The notes under the pieces are model-generated. The model searched no databases and had not been told where the DNA came from. It saw only the letters and a list, made by a program, of their open reading frames with translations. DNA of 54,260 nucleotides, from positions 1 through 54,260 of the IMG/VR virus record IMGVR_UViG_3300033067_002266; one strand, written 5' to 3'. Every line of letters starts with the position of its first letter. Positions within the stretch are counted from its first letter, which is position 1. This stretch comes from a virus (Duplodnaviria > Caudoviricetes). This document shows positions 28,738-38,588 of this stretch, piece by piece. Made by a program: the position numbers and the translations under genes.

Positions 28738-31509
28738 TCACTGACTCCGTGAAAGTTGTTCAATTATGCTGCCAAGGTCGGCCACCGACAAGCTATTTTT
28801 TGAGACACTACCACCTTCGGCATAGTTGTTACCCCTTAGATATTCATTGTAAAGAGCTTCGGCTTGCGCATCTGAAAGCTCCGGGTGAATATCTGGATGA
28901 TATAAAAGATTGCGCAGACTTTCCAAAGACTGATACCCTTCTGGGAGTGTAACGCGTCGCCCATCCATAGTGACGGTCTTTCCCTTTGGGATAGTTACAA
29001 GGTCAGTATGCTGAATATCGCCAACGTGTGACCACGGCTGACCGAGAGGCGAGTTACGCACAAAATCTTGGACGAAGGGTAGGTACTCGTCATTGGGTTT
29101 GCGGTTGCCCTTGCCTTTGATTTGTTGGATGTACTTGGGCTGTTCAATGCCGCGCTCTGCAAGGTTGCGCTCGGCTTCGGCCCACAAATCTTCGTTGCCC
29201 GGAGCCATGTAGCGTTGAATGCCACGCTCTTCGGCCAACCGGATGATTTCCTTGTTCTTTTCGCCAGCGTATTCATGCCCGCCTCCGGGCTTCACCTCCA
29301 CCGTCACATGCGGCTGACCCTTTGCGTCGCGCAAACTGAAGATACGAGACGCGCCCGACGCAACATCGTCGCAGTAGCCGCCAACGCAGTGGCCCATGGT
29401 GTCGCCTTCGTATTTGAGTTGGTTCTTTAACTCTTCTACACCACGGTTATATTCGTCCATGGTGGATTCGCGATACAAACTATTCAAGTCGTCCCGTGGT
29501 TTCAACTCCACCCAGCGCAACCCCTTCGGGTTCGGCATGGCCTCGCTGTGCGGGTAGTCGCGCACGAGGCTGGCTTGCTCTGCGAGCTTACGGTTGGCTT
29601 CGACTTTCTGCGCAGCACGCCACGCATTGATGTCAGCAACGCGACGGACGGCTTTTTCCATGCTCATGTTCTGCATGGCTTCCGGTGTCAGCTGGAGGTT
29701 GCGCGGTAAGCCTGACGCTGGGTTGAGGGCGTTGCTGAGTTCGTCGATGAGGTGGGGGAAGCCGAGATCGCCAGACATGAGACCGCGAGCCTCAAGGTCG
29801 TACACCTTCGTGTCTGGAGCAGCCTTCAACAACCACGGATCAACGTCGCTAAGACCTTGCTGAAAATACGAAGCAGGACGAATGCGCACAGCTTCGTCTG
29901 CAAGGTTCTCCCAATTTCCTCCGAGGTGCGTCTTTGCTTCTCCCTTTGCCGGATAACCCGCAGCGACGCGCATGTGGGCGGCGTTGGACACTGGATTGAC
30001 TAGCGGCTCAAAGTGCAACACCCCCTGCTCCGCCAGCTTCCGCACTTCGTCATCCGGCGACGCCATGCGGGTCTTGACGTACTTGGTGAGTTGTTTGTCG
30101 ATGAAGTTGTTGATGGCCGCGCCCGGCAACATACGGTCCAACTCTCGCTGATAATGACCCCTAACAACGTCCAAATCCACCCCAGTTTTAGGATCGATGC
30201 CGGCACCCAACTGGTCAATTTCTCTCCGTACCATTTCAGCGCGTTTCACTGGGTCTTGACCGACAACCTCCTTCTTCAACCCACTCAACGCTCCTTCAAC
30301 AGAGCCGCTCAGCCAGTTGCCGCCCTTCGGTTTTATAACGCTTAGTGGAGCCGCTGCGCGAAGAATATCTCTCAGCGGTCCAGCGCCGTGTATTCCTTGT
30401 TGAATCGCTTCGGCACCCAATGACGCCATCGCGCCACCGAGCTTTGGTAAGGCGGTCGGAACAATACCGGGATCAAATGTTCCGGCTTGCTGAACTTCGT
30501 AGTCTTTCCAATCATCGGGAAGCTGGGGCAACCGACGTAAGAGATCCGACGTAGTGGGTAGGAAGGTATCCCCGTGGCCGGTGACTTCGTTACCCAGTAG
30601 CGTTCCACCGAGCGCGGTCATGTCGCCGCCGATACCACCAAGCGCCGCAACGGAACCGCGTCCGAAGTTCAGCAAGGACTTCAGTATATTCTTCGGCAAT
30701 GCCTGCAATTCTGGGTCGTTACGAATCAAGTCTATAACGGAAGGGGAGGAGCGAACGCTTCCACTCTTACCGCGCAATAGCCCGCCACTGGCCATGTCGG
30801 GGAGGTCCAGTTGCCGCGGGTCACGATAGGGCAGTGGAGCCGGGATAGGGCGGTCTATGCCGTAAGCCGGGAGGTTTACACTTCCCTCCAGCGCGTCTAA
30901 ACCTTGGTCATTCGGCGGCAACGGCTTCGCCCCCATCTTCTCATAGATGGCACGATTCTTCTTTGGGTTGTAAACCTGAAAGACCATTTTGTTGCCGAGG
31001 ATGTCTTGTAATTGCCGCATTAGATCCCTCCCCCGCACCTCCGGAGAGAGGGTACCGACGTAATCAAGGTAATTCGGAAAGTCTGTGGTAAAGTCCAGCC
31101 CGTCCGGGTCAAGAAGCTCACGTGCCTTTCCAGTATCCATGGCGGCGGCACCGCGGAGCTTTCCAGACTTCCCAATCTGCATCAAGCCCTTGACCTCGCT
31201 ATTCTTTGTCATCGGGTTCGCGGCATAGGCCAGAGACTCCAAGGCGCCGAGGGTCATGCCAGCATGCTTCGCCCCAAGATCATTCCCGGGATAGGTTTCC
31301 GCCAGCGCCCCTTCGCGTTGGACCTCCTTGGCGGCGTCCCCAAGGAAGCCACGTTCACTAAGGCGGGCAGGATCTACATACCAGAGCCCCGGCTTTCCGG
31401 GGATCTGTACGGCGCCCTTTAGAGGTCGCATACCGGGGATGGTCTGCTGCGCCTCTTTGGCTTGCATTACCGCCTCGAGAGCGGATCTAAGAGCGGTATA
31501 GATGCCCAT
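28738..31509 (-). CDS. polyvalent protein: N-terminal GNAT-like domain and C-terminal PcfJ-like domain
   Basis: 923 aa. GNAT-like YLDYVGT...RGRDLM...NRAIYEKMG; PcfJ-like [15 protein letters not shown]...RIFSLRD..G.PHVTVEV...QIKGKGN. Confidence 0.7.
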   Translation of the reverse strand: MGIYTALRSALEAVMQAKEAQQTIPGMRPLKGAVQIPGKPGLWYVDPARLSERGFLGDAAKEVQREGALAETYPGNDLGAKHAGMTLGALESLAYAANPMTKNSEVKGLMQIGKSGKLRGAAAMDTGKARELLDPDGLDFTTDFPNYLDYVGTLSPEVRGRDLMRQLQDILGNKMVFQVYNPKKNRAIYEKMGAKPLPPNDQGLDALEGSVNLPAYGIDRPIPAPLPYRDPRQLDLPDMASGGLLRGKSGSVRSSPSVIDLIRNDPELQALPKNILKSLLNFGRGSVAALGGIGGDMTALGGTLLGNEVTGHGDTFLPTTSDLLRRLPQLPDDWKDYEVQQAGTFDPGIVPTALPKLGGAMASLGAEAIQQGIHGAGPLRDILRAAAPLSVIKPKGGNWLSGSVEGALSGLKKEVVGQDPVKRAEMVRREIDQLGAGIDPKTGVDLDVVRGHYQRELDRMLPGAAINNFIDKQLTKYVKTRMASPDDEVRKLAEQGVLHFEPLVNPVSNAAHMRVAAGYPAKGEAKTHLGGNWENLADEAVRIRPASYFQQGLSDVDPWLLKAAPDTKVYDLEARGLMSGDLGFPHLIDELSNALNPASGLPRNLQLTPEAMQNMSMEKAVRRVADINAWRAAQKVEANRKLAEQASLVRDYPHSEAMPNPKGLRWVELKPRDDLNSLYRESTMDEYNRGVEELKNQLKYEGDTMGHCVGGYCDDVASGASRIFSLRDAKGQPHVTVEVKPGGGHEYAGEKNKEIIRLAEERGIQRYMAPGNEDLWAEAERNLAERGIEQPKYIQQIKGKGNRKPNDEYLPFVQDFVRNSPLGQPWSHVGDIQHTDLVTIPKGKTVTMDGRRVTLPEGYQSLESLRNLLYHPDIHPELSDAQAEALYNEYLRGNNYAEGGSVSKNSLSVADLGSIIEQLSRSQ

Positions 31510-31511
31510 GA

Positions 31512-33080
31512 TCAGGCTCCGTAAGGGTTTTGCTTCTGCCGTTTGGTGTAATCCACTTCTTCAATTGGATCATCCTCCGCTGCAGGCAATTCGAACCATC
31601 CCTCGTCCTTGAGGTAGATGATTGCTTGGGTGAAGGTGTCCACATAGTCGTCGTGATCAGTGACCGGGAACTTGGCGAGCTGCCGCACAAAGGAAAGTGC
31701 CCAGCTGACGAACTGTCCGGGATTCTTGCGGCTTTCTGGTATCCATATTAACCCCAGTTCCAGAGTGGGAGCGGACTGATGTGCGCGACTAATTTTGTCC
31801 GCGTTGCCCGGATTGTAACCGATGGCGGGCACGTTTGCCAAGCGTAAATCCTGTAGCAGGCTTTGTCCGCTGGCCTTGGCTTCGACCAGTACTCTATCCG
31901 GCTTTCGCGCGCGGATAGGTGGGGAGACCTTATTGTTGCCCCCGTACTCCGAATGCCATTCGTCTACCGCCTTCTGCCGTAATGCCGGGTACCCAAGGTG
32001 TTCATCCCATGCATCCAGCAGCATCACGTTACGGGTACCCTTGTGGGTAAATACCCCATAGGCCGAATAAGCAGTCGGATCTCCCGAGGTCTTCTCGGTG
32101 AAGGCGCAGTCATAGGACTGCAGCACGTATTCCATTTGCGGAAGTGGGGTGTCTTTAGGCCATAGGCGGAAGTTCTCCGTCTTCAGGATGCCGCCGCCCC
32201 GCGGTACCGGGTCCTGTTGGAGCTGCCCTGCGGTTCCGTATTCTCCGAGCTGTTGCTTCAGCCGGATGAGCTCCGTCTCGCCAAAGCGTTCCGGCCAGAG
32301 GAGGGAATCTTTCTTGGCGCGTGGGTCGTACCCATCCGGAAAGATAACGGTCGTTCGCTTCTTCCCATCATATTCTGCCGGAAGGCATACATGCTCCCAT
32401 CCTCCCAGTTCCAGGATGCGGCCGGAGACGTCTTGTTCATGTAGGCGTTGCATGATGGTGACCATGGCATCCCGCTTGGGATTGTTCAAGCGGGTGCTCC
32501 ACACCATATCGAACCACTCAAGGGAGCTATCCCGCATGGCATCTGACTGGGCATCCTGCGCCCCATGTGGGTCATCCAGTAGCAGGCGACTGCCACCTTC
32601 CCCGGTCGCCGTACCACCGACAGAGGACGCTATACGGTACCCCGTTCGATCGTTTTCGAAGCGCGTCTTCTGGTTCTGGTCCCCGGAGAGCTGGAACCTA
32701 TCGGCCCACAGAGACTGATACCATGGGGACGTGATCAGGCGGCGCGCTTTGACATTGTCCCGCGTGGATAGTACCCCGGAGTAACTAGCACAGAGGTACT
32801 TCTCCTCCGGGCGGGTTAGCCATTCCCAGCACGGCCACATGACGGAGACGATAGTGCTCTTGGCATGGCGCGGTGGGATGTTGATCAGAAGACGGCGGAG
32901 TTCGCCGTTGGTGATGGCCTCAAGATGCTCGCAGATGATCTGGAGATGCCATCCGTCTATGAACGGAACGCCGGGCTCGACTACTGCCCATGCCTGCTTG
33001 ACGAATTCATAAAGGCTGGTCTCTGCCAGCCGCCGCTTCTCTTCGGCTTCAATGAGGGAGAGGAGCTCCCGAGGGTTCAT
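31512..33080 (-). CDS. terL: terminase large subunit
   Basis: 522 aa. LLINIPPRHAKS (Walker A), LLLDDP (Walker B), QSYDCA and HDDYVD nuclease motifs. Confidence 0.92.
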   Translation of the reverse strand: MNPRELLSLIEAEEKRRLAETSLYEFVKQAWAVVEPGVPFIDGWHLQIICEHLEAITNGELRRLLINIPPRHAKSTIVSVMWPCWEWLTRPEEKYLCASYSGVLSTRDNVKARRLITSPWYQSLWADRFQLSGDQNQKTRFENDRTGYRIASSVGGTATGEGGSRLLLDDPHGAQDAQSDAMRDSSLEWFDMVWSTRLNNPKRDAMVTIMQRLHEQDVSGRILELGGWEHVCLPAEYDGKKRTTVIFPDGYDPRAKKDSLLWPERFGETELIRLKQQLGEYGTAGQLQQDPVPRGGGILKTENFRLWPKDTPLPQMEYVLQSYDCAFTEKTSGDPTAYSAYGVFTHKGTRNVMLLDAWDEHLGYPALRQKAVDEWHSEYGGNNKVSPPIRARKPDRVLVEAKASGQSLLQDLRLANVPAIGYNPGNADKISRAHQSAPTLELGLIWIPESRKNPGQFVSWALSFVRQLAKFPVTDHDDYVDTFTQAIIYLKDEGWFELPAAEDDPIEEVDYTKRQKQNPYGA

Positions 33081-33580
33081 CCCTGTGTAGACGCCTTCAA
33101 TGCCAGTTGCTTCATGGTCGCCAGCTCCTCGTCGGTCAGACCGCGCATGCCAGATACTTCAAGTGGGCCACCGTTCTTTCCGGTGACCTCGCGTTTGTCT
33201 GGCGCATCCAGTCCGAGGTACTTGGCACGGCGCTGCATGATGCTAAGGCATTTGGTGACCGCGTCCGTGTCCCCCTCGAGGGCGGCATTGAAGGAGAGGC
33301 GGTACAGTTGGTCCAGCCGGGTAAGTTCCAGGTCGATGACTTCCTGCCCGGGTTCCCGAATGGCCTTCTCCATGGCGGATTGAACCAATCCACGGGCCGC
33401 AGCGGAAGAACATTCGAAATGCTCCCCGATTTGTTCGTAGCTGTACCCGAACTTGCGCATCTCCAAGGCAAGGGCGTGCCGCTCCCGCACGATGGCCTCC
33501 TGTTGCCCCTTGGACATGGAGGATCTCGCCGCGGGTGGCGGCTTGGGGAAAGGATACTGGGTTACGGGGTCAAAAAACAT
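33077..33580 (-). CDS. terS: terminase small subunit (start uncertain)
   Basis: HTH-like ALEMRKFGYSYEQIG and ...RRAKYLGLDAP.K.EVTGKNGGPL; ATGA-coupled to terL. Alternative start at 33517. Confidence 0.7.
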   Translation of the reverse strand: MFFDPVTQYPFPKPPPAARSSMSKGQQEAIVRERHALALEMRKFGYSYEQIGEHFECSSAAARGLVQSAMEKAIREPGQEVIDLELTRLDQLYRLSFNAALEGDTDAVTKCLSIMQRRAKYLGLDAPDKREVTGKNGGPLEVSGMRGLTDEELATMKQLALKASTQG

Positions 33581-33604
33581 AAGGGAAATGTAACCGATTG
33601 CCCT

Positions 33605-33637
33605 ATAAAAAGCAACAGCCCCGAATAGGGGCTGTTG
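33605..33637 (-). terminator. Rho-independent terminator between the small paralogue genes and the packaging genes
   Basis: caacagcccc-gaata-ggggctgttg forms a 10-bp stem, followed by CTTTTTAT on the minus strand. Confidence 0.7.
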
Positions 33638-33654
33638 GGCGGTTTTGGCGAGGC

Positions 33655-33942
33655 TTAGGCTTCGCGCGGGGTCACCAGCCCGTGGAAGGTGCGCCAACGG
33701 GCGATCTGCGTCTTCACGGTGGAAGGGTTCACCTCGGGCAGCTTCTTCTGCACCTCCGCCAGCACGGCGGCGGGCGAGGGCGAACCGTTTTCGGCCTTGG
33801 CAGCCAGCTTATCCGCGGCGGCCCAAACGGCGGCAGAGGCAGTCCCAGCCGCGGGCGGCGCTACGCCGTTCTGCGCATCCGGGTTGGGCTTACGACCGCG
33901 GGGAGCGGCCTCTTCCGTAACTTCTTTCTTGGCGCGAGCCAT
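33655..33942 (-). CDS. small putative DNA-binding protein, VWxxAD...TQxxxW paralogue 1
   Basis: ATG at 33942 with AAGGAG RBS, 95 aa. Confidence 0.7.
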   Translation of the reverse strand: MARAKKEVTEEAAPRGRKPNPDAQNGVAPPAAGTASAAVWAAADKLAAKAENGSPSPAAVLAEVQKKLPEVNPSTVKTQIARWRTFHGLVTPREA

Positions 33943-34020
33943 GTTCAATCTCCTTGGTTGTGCCGCGAACCGTTCGCAGCGTGATTGGAATATAAGGGAG
34001 GTCAGCGAAGACCTCACCTA

Positions 34021-34596
34021 CTATTTAGTACGTTTCCATTTGCCATATTGGACGCTAGCCGTCCCGGACTTGACCCCGACCTCCGCGCACCCGGCCACCA
34101 CCTCTTTGCTGGTGGGCATGCGGCCGAGGCTGGCCAGCAGTTTATCTGCCACCTCCCAAACCATGCCCGTTGCCCCCTTGGTGGGCGCGCTACCGGGCTC
34201 CCGCGGTTCCCGAACGGGCTTGGGCGGGCGAGGTCCAACTACGGGCTTGTCCGCGGGCTCTTCGGCCAGATGCTCGGCCTCAGCCTTCAACTTGGTAACC
34301 TGCCGCTCCAGCTCCCGCAGCGGGGTAGGGTCAGTTGCCCTTGCCAGCACGGCTTCCCGGGCCTGTTGAATCTGCTCGTGGTATTCCCCTTCCGGGGTCT
34401 GCCCCAAGCTATACAGGAAATGAACCAGTTGGTTGGGCGTCAGCTTGGTGAATCCGCGCCCTTCGCAGGGTGGGGCAATAAAGCGTGCTTCCGGGCGCTG
34501 CAGCTTCAGCAAGGCCGCGTGAAGCTCCACTTCACGAAGGGGCGCCTTCAGCACGAAGGACGCCGAGGTGGATACATCTATAAGAATGTAGTCCAT
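34021..34596 (-). CDS. protein with a C-terminal VWxxAD...QYxxW domain, paralogue 2
   Basis: 191 aa, TAATG-coupled to the upstream ORF. Confidence 0.7.
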   Translation of the reverse strand: MDYILIDVSTSASFVLKAPLREVELHAALLKLQRPEARFIAPPCEGRGFTKLTPNQLVHFLYSLGQTPEGEYHEQIQQAREAVLARATDPTPLRELERQVTKLKAEAEHLAEEPADKPVVGPRPPKPVREPREPGSAPTKGATGMVWEVADKLLASLGRMPTSKEVVAGCAEVGVKSGTASVQYGKWKRTK

Positions 34597-34826
34597 TACG
34601 TCCCCTCCAACGCTTCTTGAACCCGCGCCAGCAAGCGGGCCAATTCCTGACGGCTACCGGCTTCTTCGATCCGGGTGAAGACCAACCCGACCAGGCTTTC
34701 CGCCAAACGGGCGGACGACAGGTCTGGCGCTTCCCACAGGGGTACCAATGCCTCCCCTGTTTCCAGCACCAGATCATGGACCATGGAGCCGTCTTCCAGC
34801 TCCGAACCAACTACGCGTACTTTCAT
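34596..34826 (-). CDS. hypothetical protein
   Basis: 76 aa, AGGAGG RBS. Confidence 0.65.
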   Translation of the reverse strand: MKVRVVGSELEDGSMVHDLVLETGEALVPLWEAPDLSSARLAESLVGLVFTRIEEAGSRQELARLLARVQEALEGT

Positions 34827-34883
34827 GTTTGCCTCCTGATTAAACCAGCGGAGGGGTCCGGCTGCCCGAACCCCTCGACTTGT

Positions 34884-35201
34884 TCAACCCTTGGAAGCGC
34901 GGAACCACGCTTGGTATTGGGTCTTGGCAGTGCCTTCCGGGATTCCAGCCGCGACGCAGGCCCTAACCACATCGCTGCGGCGGGCATCCTTCATGCTGTC
35001 TGCCATATTCCAAACGGCAAGGCAATTGCCATTGCGCGGCTTCTTCTTGCCGACGGTTTTTTTGACGACCGGGATCACCTTCAATTCGGCGTAGAAGGCT
35101 CCATCGGTTCCAACAATGGTGTAGTCCTCGGGGTTGAGGCCAGCGGCCTTGAGGGCGCGAGTGACGGAGGACTTGGCGGCGTAGGTCTTGGTGGTGTTCA
35201 T
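34884..35201 (-). CDS. small basic protein, VWxxAD...TQYxxW paralogue 3
   Basis: 105 aa, AGGAG RBS, first gene after a near-consensus sigma70 promoter. Confidence 0.75.
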   Translation of the reverse strand: MNTTKTYAAKSSVTRALKAAGLNPEDYTIVGTDGAFYAELKVIPVVKKTVGKKKPRNGNCLAVWNMADSMKDARRSDVVRACVAAGIPEGTAKTQYQAWFRASKG

Positions 35202-35245
35202 TTGATTCTCCTGTTCTTGGTTAAGGATGTTGTGCGACTGAATTC

Positions 35246-35274
35246 ATTATACAAGTATGGGTCCAGGAATGCAA
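35246..35274 (-). promoter_or_regulatory. sigma70-type promoter (leftward)
   Basis: Minus strand reads TTGCAT-17 nt-TATAAT, 45 nt upstream of the 35201 start. Confidence 0.75.
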
Positions 35275-35362
35275 CAACTAATTTAGCAGCAAGGTGTTTC
35301 GGTGTTCATGTAAAGAATTATCAAGGAATCCCGCCAAGGGACCAACAACTGGTTTTTAATTG

Positions 35363-35833
35363 TTAGTCCTTTCGCGATAGGAAAGCAGTATCCAGGTAAT
35401 ACCCAAGGTATTCGGTATACCATTCAAGGAACGTGGCGGTGTCAATGTCCACAAGGGCTGGCGTCTGGGTTTTCCCCGCGTTCAAACTACCAACCATTCG
35501 GATTCTCCATTGGGCGTGACTTTTTCGGTAAAACAATACCGGGATTGCCTTTATCCGGAGCCCCTGATTCACTGCCTGAATCCACCATTTATCCAGTTGC
35601 AAGGTTTCGCATCTTTTTACTTCCACCGCTATTCCAGGTGTCCCTACTAAATCATGACCCCCTTCCATACTCTGCATTAAATTCCTTTTTACTACCGGCG
35701 CTACTACTCCTTTTTCCTTAAAAACATAGTCCACAATTCCTTGAATAATATCGCGTACTTCTCTTTCTGCTGACTTCCCCTTATTCCTGGAATTAATCTT
35801 CTTTTTAATCTTCTCTACTTTAATATCAATCAT
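35363..35833 (-). CDS. PD-(D/E)xK nuclease, Holliday-junction-resolvase-like
   Basis: 156 aa, SRNKGKSAEREV...GGHDL...VEVKR...WW.QA. Confidence 0.75.
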   Translation of the reverse strand: MIDIKVEKIKKKINSRNKGKSAEREVRDIIQGIVDYVFKEKGVVAPVVKRNLMQSMEGGHDLVGTPGIAVEVKRCETLQLDKWWIQAVNQGLRIKAIPVLFYRKSHAQWRIRMVGSLNAGKTQTPALVDIDTATFLEWYTEYLGYYLDTAFLSRKD

Positions 35834-36058
35834 GGTATATCCCTCAATTGTTAGTTGTTAGTCCCGAAAAACGACTTTTTAACAGCTTATAAAAAATAGG
35901 AATGACAAAAATGGCCTAACTCATTGGTTTAATTAATCTTATAAAATATAAATAATATAATAATAATAATAATAATTAGGGCTTTTTCCTTACCTTATAG
36001 GCGCGTTATATTTATGCCCTCGGATGTATATTTTTATATTTGCCCTAAAAACAATAGG
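35834..36058. other. AT-rich intergenic region, candidate replication origin
   Basis: Strongly AT-rich compared with the rest of the window, (TAA)6 at 35958-35975, directly downstream of the primase-helicase. Confidence 0.5.
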
Positions 36059-38302
36059 TTAGCCGTTATATTTCCTGGTTAAATCGCCCGTGCTATATAA
36101 AGGGCGGCCACCCATGCCGGGAATCTTGGTGGTGCCCAAAGCGTAAGAAATCCCATGAAAGCCATACTTCTCCGCGAGGTTATTACGGGGGAATTCCACG
36201 AGAACTCCGGCGTCCACAAGGGCGGTCAGGGCGCGCTTTAAGGCGGTGGTTGCCCCGAGCCGGTCGTTGCGGAAAGCCGGTAACGGGCCAGTGCGGCGCT
36301 GGAAATAGGCATACGGGACAATCTTGGCGGCGTGCAAATCAATCGGGCAGGCATAGCGCTTAACATGGTCCGGATCGGCTTTAAGGTACTCCACCAAAAC
36401 CTTCTGCACGGTATGTAATTGCTTGCTATCCCCGGTGCCCACATCCCCGTCAAAGAAACGGGCGGAGAGGCTGGTGACCTCGGCCCTTACCATGCGGGTC
36501 GCCCAGCGCGCGTGTTCGGCCTTTATCACCGGACTGTGGAAATCGCTGCCCACGGCAAGCAGGGCGGACAACTTGAGGGCTTTAAGGTGGGCACGATTCC
36601 ACATCTGCACCTCGACCTCTGAACCATTGGCGTTAATTCGGCGATCGCATTCCTGATCCAGATCATCCAGGATGGCCTGTGCGGTGGGGTCAAGGGTAAC
36701 GGTGCAGGTGGCCTGATTCGCTTGCATGGTAAGAGACTGGGTGACCAGCTTAACCAAGGCGGCGACCAGATCTTCTGGGGGCTGGCACCCGGCCATATAA
36801 TTACGCGGCGGGCGACCACCTTCAAATTCCATGGTGAGGAAACGCGGGAGCAAGCCTTCCGATATATGCGCCGCGGAGATGCCATCGTAGAATGCCTCCG
36901 GAGTAGATTCCCCAAGGATGGTCAGGGACGGGCTTCGCACCATCTTGGTATTCTTTTCACTGTCCGCGTAAACGGAGGAGCGGAGAACCGAGGCGCTACC
37001 GGACTTGGCGTACAGGTCGAGGAGAACCTTCTTTAGCATCACGGTGGCGCTGTTTGCCTGTGGAGAGGACAGTTGCTGTAGGGTGAGGCCGAATTCCCCG
37101 AGCACCGAAACAAAGCAGGGGTGACTATCCAGTTGCTTAATAAGCGCCTGCCCCGAGGCGAACGCGGCAGGGCCAATAAATTGATCCACCATTGGCACTT
37201 GTGTTCGAATACTAGCTATTAGGGATTCAATGCCTTGCATCGCGCCTTCTTTTCCGGTACCGGTCTTGGCGAGGAGGAGAAGATATTGATTCAACCCGGT
37301 GCCGGAGATGTTATAAGCGCGCCCTACAATACCGGCTACAAAGGCAATGGCACCCGCGAGGGCGATTTCCGGGACGGGGCGGATGGAATGGCTAAGGATG
37401 AACTCGGCCACCTCTCCAACTAACCCTTTCGGAAAGTCTCGCGGGCGGTCAGGCGCTGCCGGTGGGGAGGAAAGCCCGGTCGTTAAGTCTTCGGCCGCCT
37501 TGCGCACCGCGCCAAAGTCCACCTCGGGTGGCTGGTTGGCGCGAATACGCTTGATGGCGTAGTTCAGATAAGTATCATTCTTGGTGGCTTTATCTCGCTT
37601 GCCGAGACCGGAGTATCGGAATAGGCGTTTAACTTGCTCATTGTTCTGAGAATAAAAAGCGAGGATGGAAAGGAGGGCGAGGTCGGCTTCGGATTGGGAG
37701 GGGTAACCGCTCCATTCCCCGGTGCAAAGGGAATTAAACTTGTGGGCATTGTTGGCGCGCATGGCCATGGCGCAGACATCGGCATCAGAAAGGGTCTCCT
37801 CCGCATCGGTGGGCAAGGCGCTGGTGACGGTCTTTTTGATCTCAGTGAACAGCTGGGTAAGAAGGGGCTGGCAATTATTAATAGGCAAGGCTTTTACCAC
37901 CGCGCCAGTGAAGATCATAAAGCGCCCGGTGAAATAGACCTCTACCTTATCCCGGCGCGCGCCTTCCGGTATCTCTCCGCGGCAGACAATGTGATATCCT
38001 TTTCCGGATTGGCTGAACTCGGTGTAGGTCTCAAAGGCATCCAGAATTTTCTGATGGCGGTCCGCATCCACTTCATTGCGCGGCTGATCCAGGTCGATGA
38101 TGGCATAGGGGTCCTCACTGGTCAGAACAAAACCGATATGCTGGGTGCCAGCAAGGCAAGCCTCTTCAAAGGTTCCCCACGTGCTGCGATCGGTGACTGA
38201 GGCGGGCGATTGGTCTTTCGGGTTAAGGGGGCGTTTGTCAGCATTGGCACAAACCCATTGCGGGAGGAGGCGAAGCTCTTCCGGGATATGTTCGCGTGCC
38301 AT
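36059..38302 (-). CDS. primase-polymerase (AEP, NrS-1-like) fused to a DUF3987-like helicase/ATPase domain
   Basis: 747 aa. IPEELR.LPQWV, IDLD, TYTEFSQSGKGYHI, VEVY...RF and SQSEADLAL; Walker A-like AKTGTGKE. Confidence 0.8.
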   Translation of the reverse strand: MAREHIPEELRLLPQWVCANADKRPLNPKDQSPASVTDRSTWGTFEEACLAGTQHIGFVLTSEDPYAIIDLDQPRNEVDADRHQKILDAFETYTEFSQSGKGYHIVCRGEIPEGARRDKVEVYFTGRFMIFTGAVVKALPINNCQPLLTQLFTEIKKTVTSALPTDAEETLSDADVCAMAMRANNAHKFNSLCTGEWSGYPSQSEADLALLSILAFYSQNNEQVKRLFRYSGLGKRDKATKNDTYLNYAIKRIRANQPPEVDFGAVRKAAEDLTTGLSSPPAAPDRPRDFPKGLVGEVAEFILSHSIRPVPEIALAGAIAFVAGIVGRAYNISGTGLNQYLLLLAKTGTGKEGAMQGIESLIASIRTQVPMVDQFIGPAAFASGQALIKQLDSHPCFVSVLGEFGLTLQQLSSPQANSATVMLKKVLLDLYAKSGSASVLRSSVYADSEKNTKMVRSPSLTILGESTPEAFYDGISAAHISEGLLPRFLTMEFEGGRPPRNYMAGCQPPEDLVAALVKLVTQSLTMQANQATCTVTLDPTAQAILDDLDQECDRRINANGSEVEVQMWNRAHLKALKLSALLAVGSDFHSPVIKAEHARWATRMVRAEVTSLSARFFDGDVGTGDSKQLHTVQKVLVEYLKADPDHVKRYACPIDLHAAKIVPYAYFQRRTGPLPAFRNDRLGATTALKRALTALVDAGVLVEFPRNNLAEKYGFHGISYALGTTKIPGMGGRPLYSTGDLTRKYNG

Positions 38303-38306
38303 GAGG

Positions 38307-38507
38307 TCAGACCTTTAGCCGGGATTGGGAAAGGTGCTCGTACAGCGTTTGCACCGCATTGACCGAGGGGTCCTCAATTAATCCCGATTTGAACTTCTGC
38401 AACCAGTAAAGGGAAAGCCCGGTCTCCTGACTTAGTTTGGACAAGGGCTTTTCGGTAGTGGTGAGCAGCGTGATAGTACGCTGCATTAGGGTGCCGGCGT
38501 TTTCCAT
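38307..38507 (-). CDS. XRE/Cro-like HTH regulator
   Basis: 66 aa, LSKLSQETGLS..WL.KFKSG.IEDPSV; AGGAGG RBS; borders the divergent control region. Confidence 0.7.
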   Translation of the reverse strand: MENAGTLMQRTITLLTTTEKPLSKLSQETGLSLYWLQKFKSGLIEDPSVNAVQTLYEHLSQSRLKV

Positions 38508-38525
38508 GTGATACCTCCTGCAATG

Positions 38526-38588
38526 ATTATATAGGAAAATTTTCCTGGAAAATAGTCTTGGACTATTTTCCTAATGCTGGTATATAAT
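38526..38588. promoter_or_regulatory. divergent promoter region with operator-like palindromes
   Basis: Rightward TTGGAC(38558)...TGGTATATAAT; leftward -10 TATAAT at 38526-38531. Palindromes aggaaaattttcct (38533-38546) and ggaaaatagtc-ttg-gactattttcc (38547-38571). Confidence 0.65.
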
